64,000 nt of DNA. It comes from Candidatus Aenigmatarchaeota archaeon. GTDB taxonomy: Archaea > Aenigmatarchaeota > Aenigmatarchaeia > QMZP01 > QMZT01. A program made the position numbers and the translations under genes. This document shows, one piece after another, positions 57,941-64,000 of this stretch. Position 1 is the first letter of the stretch, and each line of letters starts with the position of its first letter. The stretch spans positions 32,001 through 96,000 of the forward strand of contig JAPLVC010000007.1 of NCBI GenBank assembly GCA_026397315.1, read 5' to 3'. Under the pieces are notes generated by a model. That model made no database searches. It was not told where the DNA came from and was given only the letters and a program-made list of their open reading frames with translations.

Positions 57941-58288
57941 ATGCCTGTAAAATTAGTTACGGATGACAATACCAACGGAGTCGTACCGATTCTTATAGAA
58001 TTGTATAAAGGCGCTGGTAAAAACCCTCAATATATTTACACTGGCGTGGACGGAATCGTCCCTAAAAATTACGATGAAGGGCAAATAATGGACTGGAAGA
58101 CGGGAGAAACGCTCGCGACAATAGGCCTTCCCGGAAATTTACCGCCCGAGCTCAAAAGGAATTATCTGCCATCCAATTCAAGAATTGTAGAAATTAACCC
58201 GGAAATCGACAAGGAAGGCGACGTTTTTCAGGGATTGGTAAAAAGGCTGTTGGGCAGGAATGTATTCGTGGATGCCGCGATGTGCTAA
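57941..58288 (+). CDS. Hypothetical protein
   Basis: SD GGAGGTG; 115 aa ending in Cys. Confidence 0.6.
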   Translation: MPVKLVTDDNTNGVVPILIELYKGAGKNPQYIYTGVDGIVPKNYDEGQIMDWKTGETLATIGLPGNLPPELKRNYLPSNSRIVEINPEIDKEGDVFQGLVKRLLGRNVFVDAAMC

Positions 58289-58357
58289 TTTCACGGATAG
58301 TTAACAATATAAATCTTTCACTATTAGTAAATAATAACACAATCGAGGAGGATGCTT

Positions 58358-58558
58358 ATGCCAGTAAAAAAATATCAGGGTCAGGATGTTGCAAAACCCG
58401 TGGAAATGAATCCTTACCTTTCGCCTGCACCTGGTTGCATGACACAAATATCCAATTACTTAGCGGAAAATATTTCTGGCGGATGGCCGCCAAAGACGAA
58501 AATACAAACAAATATGCAAGAAATTCAGACAGAAACAGTAGAAACAATTGCGCCGTGA
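58358..58558 (+). CDS. Small hypothetical protein
   Basis: SD GAGGAGG; 66 aa. Confidence 0.5.
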   Translation: MPVKKYQGQDVAKPVEMNPYLSPAPGCMTQISNYLAENISGGWPPKTKIQTNMQEIQTETVETIAP

Positions 58559-58592
58559 CGTAATTAGGATCTAAAAAAGAGGTGGATGTAAT

Positions 58593-58838
58593 ATGAGTAA
58601 TGAGAAAGTCACTGTTCAAAAAATATTAAATTATCTTAAAATGAAAGGTTATAACCCAGAAAAGTGTTACATGGGAGTTCATCCCCAAATTGGTGGAGTT
58701 GTTTGTGAGGCAGACGCTACAATAATAGCAACTCTAAGTGAAATAGAAGCATCGCCTGAAAAAACATTTAAATCCAAAGGCCTCTCCGCATCAGGACAAC
58801 TGGAAGGCGGACAACCACACGATGTCATAGGCTGTTAA
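58593..58838 (+). CDS. Small hypothetical protein
   Basis: SD GAGGTGG; 81 aa ending in Cys. Confidence 0.55.
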   Translation: MSNEKVTVQKILNYLKMKGYNPEKCYMGVHPQIGGVVCEADATIIATLSEIEASPEKTFKSKGLSASGQLEGGQPHDVIGC

Positions 58839-59821
58839 TTTTTAAGCCAAGATATCTCCACGTCGTCCGTGCGCCAGCGCGGGTCTATGCCGGCATCTTC
58901 CGGCTTTATTTTTTGTCCCGGTTTATTAGCGAGTATCCCAGTCCAGCTAATCATGGCGCCGTTGTCGCCAGCGAACTCGCGGGGCACGACCTTAAATCGC
59001 GCGTTACGCTCCTCGCACATTTTATTTAGCATTTCCTGAAGGCGCATGTTCGCCGCGACGCCGCCCGTCAGAAGGACCTGGTCCTTGCCGAGATGCGCCA
59101 GTGCGCGCTCGGTGACTTCCGTCAGCATGGAAAAGAAGACTTCCTGCATCGAATAACATATGTCTTCCAGTGGCTCGCCTTTCTGGTGTTTTCTTATGCA
59201 TTCGGTAACGATGCCGGAGAAGGAAAGGTCCATTCCCTTGACGACGTACGGGAGCTCCGTCCATTTGCCGTTCTTGGCGAGTTGCTCTATCTTCGGCGCC
59301 TGCGGGAAGTCGAGGCCGACCTCGCGGCCGAACTTGTCCAGCGCGTTTCCGACGCCGATGTCCATGCATTCGCCAAAGACTCTGTACTTGCCTTCCGCGA
59401 AAGAGATTATCTGAGTGTTGCCACCGGAAACGTAAACGACGACCGGGTTCTCGAAGCCGCACGTGAGCCTTCCGATTTCAATATGCGCTATGCAATGGTT
59501 GACAGGCACTAGCGGCACCGAATGCTTTTCTGCCAATTCCTTTGCTAGTTCGGCTCCCTTGTGCAGGCACGGCGGCAGGCCGGGCCCGCGCGAATACGCG
59601 ATCAGCCCGATGTCTTCGATTTTCAGGTTCGCTTTCTCCAGCGCCGCGCTGAGGACGGAATGCTTCGCTTCTTCGTGATGCTTGCCCGCGTCCATGGGTA
59701 TTATGCCCCAGCCAGCTTTTGGTTTGTAAATCGAGCGCTCGTTAGCTAGCACTTTCCCTTTATCATCGCATATGCCGATGCCGAACGTGTGCGCGGTCGC
59801 CTCGATGCCCAAGCAAATCAT
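58835..59821 (-). CDS. kae1: tRNA N6-threonylcarbamoyltransferase Kae1
   Basis: LGIEATAHT, GPGL, NHCIAHIE, VSGGNTQ, GDNGAMI. Confidence 0.96.
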   Translation of the reverse strand: MICLGIEATAHTFGIGICDDKGKVLANERSIYKPKAGWGIIPMDAGKHHEEAKHSVLSAALEKANLKIEDIGLIAYSRGPGLPPCLHKGAELAKELAEKHSVPLVPVNHCIAHIEIGRLTCGFENPVVVYVSGGNTQIISFAEGKYRVFGECMDIGVGNALDKFGREVGLDFPQAPKIEQLAKNGKWTELPYVVKGMDLSFSGIVTECIRKHQKGEPLEDICYSMQEVFFSMLTEVTERALAHLGKDQVLLTGGVAANMRLQEMLNKMCEERNARFKVVPREFAGDNGAMISWTGILANKPGQKIKPEDAGIDPRWRTDDVEISWLKN

Positions 59822-59874
59822 GAATCTCAATTGTCTTCCGTGCTTATAAAAAAGGGCGCGGCCAAAAGGATAAT

Positions 59875-60138
59875 ATGACGCCGCTTGAAATCGAAATCCT
59901 GGGCTACATCGCGGGCGGTATAATAGCCGTCGCTCTGATTCCCCAGGTCATAAAATCGTGGCGCACCAAATGCACCAAAGACATCTCTGTCGCGTGGACT
60001 TTGTTCTATCTGGCGGGGCTCGTGTTTTTCGAGATATACGCTATAGGCATAACCAGCATACCGTTGATGATAACCAATGTAATAGAAATAGCGCTCACCG
60101 GTTCACTGCTTTACATGGAGTTCAGGTACGGCAGGTGA
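59875..60138 (+). CDS. SemiSWEET / PQ-loop transporter
   Basis: LIPQVIKSWRTKCTKDIS; three TM. Confidence 0.85.
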   Translation: MTPLEIEILGYIAGGIIAVALIPQVIKSWRTKCTKDISVAWTLFYLAGLVFFEIYAIGITSIPLMITNVIEIALTGSLLYMEFRYGR

Positions 60139-60190
60139 ACTGGAAACAAGTTATAAACAGTATAGTACATACATTAAAGAGCGATAGCTT

Positions 60191-61900
60191 ATGATTTCAA
60201 ATGAACCATTACCTGAAGGGCAGCAATACGACGTCATAATCGTGACCGGCGATGCGTACGCAGACCACCCGCTATGCGGCGCGGCCGTGATTGCGCGCGT
60301 CCTTGAAGACAAAGGTTATACCGTCGGCATAATAGAGACGCCCGACTGGCTCAGGGACAGCGAGTTCACCAAGCTCGGCGAGCCGCGCCTTTTCTTCGGC
60401 ATAACAGCCGGCGCGATGGACAGCATGATTGACAACTACACGCCGCTGATAAAGGAGCGCGAGGACGACGAGCACAGGCGCTACATCCCGCGCAAGCCCG
60501 ACCGCGCGATAATAGTCTACGCGAACATGATACGGCGCAACTACAAGAAAACGCCGCTCGTTCTCGGAGGCGTCGAGTCGTCGCTTCGCCGCTTCGCGCA
60601 TTTCGATTACTGGAGCAACAAACTCAGGCGTTCGCTTCTGCCCGAGTCGCGCGCGGACATACTGGCTTACGGGAACGCCGAGCATGCAGTCGTCGAGATA
60701 GCGAGACGCATCGAAAGCGGTAAGCCGCTCGACGGCATCGAAGGGACGTGCGTCGCCAGAAACGTCGCGCCTCACGGTTTCAAGACCATGCCCAGTTTCG
60801 ACGAAGTCTCAGCAGACAAGAAAAAATTCTGCAGGATGCAAATCATGATAAACAATGACGACTATCTTGCGCAGAAAACCGGGGACAAGTTCATCCTGCA
60901 ATACAAGAGCCATCGTTATACGACGGAGGAACTGGACCATGTTTACGAACTGCCATATTCGCGCGACATTCCCGAAAATGCAGATTATCTGAGGGGCATG
61001 CAGTTCAGCGTCGTGACGCACAGGGGTTGCATAGGCAACTGCAGCTTCTGTTCGATAGCGCTGCATCAGGGCACGCGCATCGTCTCGCGCTCGGAGGCTT
61101 CGATACTGCGCGAGATTGCTTTGCTGACACAACACAAGGATTTCAAGGGATATATCGACGACCTCGGCGGACCGTCGGCGAACATGTACGGCATGGACTG
61201 CCGCGCATGCAGACGCAATTGCATGGTATGCGACCACCTTGACCGCAGCCATGCGAAGCTTATCATGCTCATGGAGAAAGCGAGACAGATACCCGGCGTG
61301 AAAAAGATATTCGTGCGCTCGGGCATACGCTACGACCTTGCCCTCGAATCGAGGCAATACATAAAAGAGATATCGAAGTATCACGTATCAGGCTATCTTA
61401 AAATCGCTCCGGAGCACTGCAGCCCGCACGTTTTGAAGCTCATGAACAAGCATCTTCCTGGAGCGCTCGACAAATTCGTCTCCATTTTCAAAGAGATAAA
61501 CAATTCCACAGGTCAGACGCTGAAATACTACGTCATAGCCGCCCATCCGGGCAGCACGCAGAAGGAAAACGAGGAGCTCAGGAAATTCATAGAGAAGGTC
61601 GGCAGAGACGCTATAGTACAGACTTTCACTCCCACGCCGATGAGCCTGAGCACCTGCATGTATTATACTGGCATGGACCCGAAGACGTTGCAGCCGGTAT
61701 ACGTGCCGCGCGGCTTCAGGGACAAGAAGGAACAAAAGACGGAACTGCTGGACGCGATGCGCGGCTTCACGAAACGCAGGCAGGACCACAAGTCTGGGCA
61801 CGGCTTTCGCCAAGGCCCGCAGAGAGGCGGCGGCCAGAAGTTTCAGGTGCGCCGCAAAGGACGCGGCCGCCATGGCGGCAGGACCAATAAAATGTTTTAA
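60191..61900 (+). CDS. YgiQ (UPF0313) family radical SAM protein
   Basis: VTGDAYADHP, HRGCIGNCSFC, DLGGPSANMY, FTPTPM. Confidence 0.92.
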   Translation: MISNEPLPEGQQYDVIIVTGDAYADHPLCGAAVIARVLEDKGYTVGIIETPDWLRDSEFTKLGEPRLFFGITAGAMDSMIDNYTPLIKEREDDEHRRYIPRKPDRAIIVYANMIRRNYKKTPLVLGGVESSLRRFAHFDYWSNKLRRSLLPESRADILAYGNAEHAVVEIARRIESGKPLDGIEGTCVARNVAPHGFKTMPSFDEVSADKKKFCRMQIMINNDDYLAQKTGDKFILQYKSHRYTTEELDHVYELPYSRDIPENADYLRGMQFSVVTHRGCIGNCSFCSIALHQGTRIVSRSEASILREIALLTQHKDFKGYIDDLGGPSANMYGMDCRACRRNCMVCDHLDRSHAKLIMLMEKARQIPGVKKIFVRSGIRYDLALESRQYIKEISKYHVSGYLKIAPEHCSPHVLKLMNKHLPGALDKFVSIFKEINNSTGQTLKYYVIAAHPGSTQKENEELRKFIEKVGRDAIVQTFTPTPMSLSTCMYYTGMDPKTLQPVYVPRGFRDKKEQKTELLDAMRGFTKRRQDHKSGHGFRQGPQRGGGQKFQVRRKGRGRHGGRTNKMF

Positions 61901-61948
61901 AACCGCGAACCGAATTAGGAATATCAAAACCCTTTTGTATGGTGTTTT

Positions 61949-63262
61949 ATGATAAAGGTCCTGCTTATCGGCAACGGTGCGAGGGAACACGCGATTGCGG
62001 AGGCTATACGCCGTTCTCCGCAGCCGCATAAACTTTATTCTTTCATGAAATCCAACAACCCAGGGATTCGCACGCTCTCTGAGAAATGCGAGCTGGGCGA
62101 TTACAATGATATGGAAAAGCTTTCCTCGTTCGCGAAAAACGTCGGAGCGGACGTCTGCGTTGTCGGCCCCGAGGCGCCGCTGGATTACGGGGCGGTAGAC
62201 GCGCTCGCGAAGATTGGCGTGCCGTCCGTGGGACCTGTCAAAGAGCTGGCGAAACTCGAGACGTCGAAAGCGTTCACCCGCAATCTGGCCAGAAAATACA
62301 GAATACCCGGTTCGCCTGCATTCGAAATTTTCAGGGACATGGACGGTGTAAAGGAATTTCTGCAATCGCTGGATTCTTTCGTCGTCAAGCCTGACGGCCT
62401 GACTGGCGGCAAGGGCGTCATGGTCCACGGAGAGCATCTGAAAGACGTTAGCGACGCGCTGCGCTACTGCGAAAGCGTCCTACGTTCTCACGCGTCTGTC
62501 ATAATTGAAGAGAAACTCGAAGGCGAAGAATTCTCGTTGCAGAGCTTCACCGACGGGCGTTTTGTTCTCGATTGCCCGCCCGCGCAGGATCACAAAAGAG
62601 CATATGCGAACGACGAAGGCCCTAACACGGGCGGCATGGGCTCATATTCATGCGCCGACCATCTGCTGCCGTTCATCAGGAAAAGCGACCTTGAGGAGGC
62701 GCATCGCATAACCGAGCTTTTCGCGAGGGCCATCGAAAAGGAGCACGGCAAGCTTTACGTGGGTGTGATGTATGGCGGCTTCATGGTAACGCGCGACGGC
62801 GTAAAGCTGTTGGAATACAACGCGCGCCTCGGAGACCCGGAGACGATGAACGTGCTGCCGATACTCAGCAGTGATTTCATAGATTTATGTTTCGGTATCA
62901 CGAACGGTGCACTAGCGAAAACGAAGGCCGAGTTCGATAAGAAGGCGACCGTATGCAAATACGTGGTGCCTCAGGGTTATCCTGACAATCCGGTGAAAGG
63001 GGAGAAAATCGAGCTCGGCGCAGCAGCGGGAGCGAAAGTGTATTACGCATCGGTGGACCAGAAGCCGGACGGCCTTTACATGAGCGGTTCGAGAGCGGTT
63101 GCATTCGTAGGCATATCGCACGACTTCGCGGAAGCCGAGAGGCTCGCTGAAGAAGCGGTGAAGTCAGTGAAAGGGAAAGTGTTCCACAGGCCGGACATAG
63201 GCACCCAGGCGCTTCTGGACAAGCGCGTGCGCCACATGGAAATGATAAGAGGTAAAAAATGA
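61949..63262 (+). CDS. purD: Phosphoribosylamine--glycine ligase
   Basis: GNGAREHA, GPEAPL, GGKGV, QDHKR, GPNTGGMG, EYNARLGDPE. Confidence 0.96.
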   Translation: MIKVLLIGNGAREHAIAEAIRRSPQPHKLYSFMKSNNPGIRTLSEKCELGDYNDMEKLSSFAKNVGADVCVVGPEAPLDYGAVDALAKIGVPSVGPVKELAKLETSKAFTRNLARKYRIPGSPAFEIFRDMDGVKEFLQSLDSFVVKPDGLTGGKGVMVHGEHLKDVSDALRYCESVLRSHASVIIEEKLEGEEFSLQSFTDGRFVLDCPPAQDHKRAYANDEGPNTGGMGSYSCADHLLPFIRKSDLEEAHRITELFARAIEKEHGKLYVGVMYGGFMVTRDGVKLLEYNARLGDPETMNVLPILSSDFIDLCFGITNGALAKTKAEFDKKATVCKYVVPQGYPDNPVKGEKIELGAAAGAKVYYASVDQKPDGLYMSGSRAVAFVGISHDFAEAERLAEEAVKSVKGKVFHRPDIGTQALLDKRVRHMEMIRGKK

Positions 63263-64000
63263 CAGCCAGGATAATGGACGGCAGGAGGCTTTCGACCAGG
63301 ATAATTTCAGATCTCAAGAAGAAGGTCGGGATTTTGTCGAAGAAAGGCATCGTCCCGAGGCTGGATATCATTCTTGTCGGAGAGGACAACGCCTCGAAAA
63401 TCTACGTGAGTAACAAGATACGCACATCAGAGCAAATCGGGATAAAAGGCGAACTGCACAAGTTCCCAGAGAAAACCAGCAAGGAGAAAATAATCAGGGA
63501 GATAAAGAAGCTCAATGCGAACGAGAAAGTCCACGGCATACTGGTCCAGCTGCCGCTGCCGCAGCATCTTGACGAGCAGGAAATAGTGGATAAGATAGAG
63601 CCTTCCAAAGACGTCGACGGCCTCACGACATACAGCATAGGCAGGCTCACAACTGGAAACGCCAACTTCGAGTCGTGCACGCCGAAAGGCATAATCAGGC
63701 TCATTGAAAACGAAAAGATAAAGATCGAGGGAAGAAACGCTGTCGTGATCGGCAGGAGCAATATAGTGGGCAAGCCCATTTCGCTCATGCTGCTCAGGCG
63801 AAACGCGACAGTCACGATATGCCACTCGAAAACAAAGCAGCTTCAGGAGCACACGAAAAACGCCGACATAATAATCGCGGCCGTGGGCAGGGCCAATTTC
63901 CTGAAGGAAGCGATGGTCAAGAAAGGAGCTATCGTGATTGACGTGGGTATGAACCGCGACGGAGGCAAAATAGCAGGCGACGTGGATTTCGATAAAGTAA
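63259..64000 (+). CDS. folD: Methylene-THF dehydrogenase/cyclohydrolase (3' truncated by window)
   Basis: YVSNK, GILVQLPLP, KDVDG, CTPKG, GRSNIVGKP, IDVGMN. Confidence 0.95.
   Translation, partial: MTARIMDGRRLSTRIISDLKKKVGILSKKGIVPRLDIILVGEDNASKIYVSNKIRTSEQIGIKGELHKFPEKTSKEKIIREIKKLNANEKVHGILVQLPLPQHLDEQEIVDKIEPSKDVDGLTTYSIGRLTTGNANFESCTPKGIIRLIENEKIKIEGRNAVVIGRSNIVGKPISLMLLRRNATVTICHSKTKQLQEHTKNADIIIAAVGRANFLKEAMVKKGAIVIDVGMNRDGGKIAGDVDFDKV

Overview
Archaeal genomic window (TBP, Alba, L14e/L34e, GatD/GatE, CarS, Kae1, deoxyhypusine synthase, BHB-type tRNA introns, many leaderless TATA-driven genes). Gene content and style suggest a DPANN lineage, possibly Aenigmarchaeota-like; that placement is inference only. 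Most of the window is housekeeping: translation, tRNA metabolism, purine and lipid synthesis, repair. The standout is a divergent locus at about 7.2-16.9 kb of roughly ten proteins with type IV pilin-like (class III signal or pilin-type hydrophobic) N-termini. Three carry bacterial cell-wall modules: a lytic transglycosylase, an M23 endopeptidase and a peptidoglycan-binding domain. A 943-aa pilin-leader protein with amphipathic helices is transcribed the other way. Archaea lack murein, so this looks like a pilus or secretion apparatus armed to breach bacterial walls. Other notable items: a tRNA-Leu(UAA) with two introns around a 7-nt exon, a D-loop-intron tRNA-Ala, a candidate Trp leader-peptide switch ahead of an HTH-trpB2-trpS cluster, a ~225-nt structured RNA ahead of a very basic small protein, AT-rich in-frame patches in TyrRS and GatE, a low-GC PIN/wHTH/nuclease islet, and a tandem pair of Tat-signal transglutaminase-like/TPR proteins. 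All calls are by-eye motif recognition; no searches were run.
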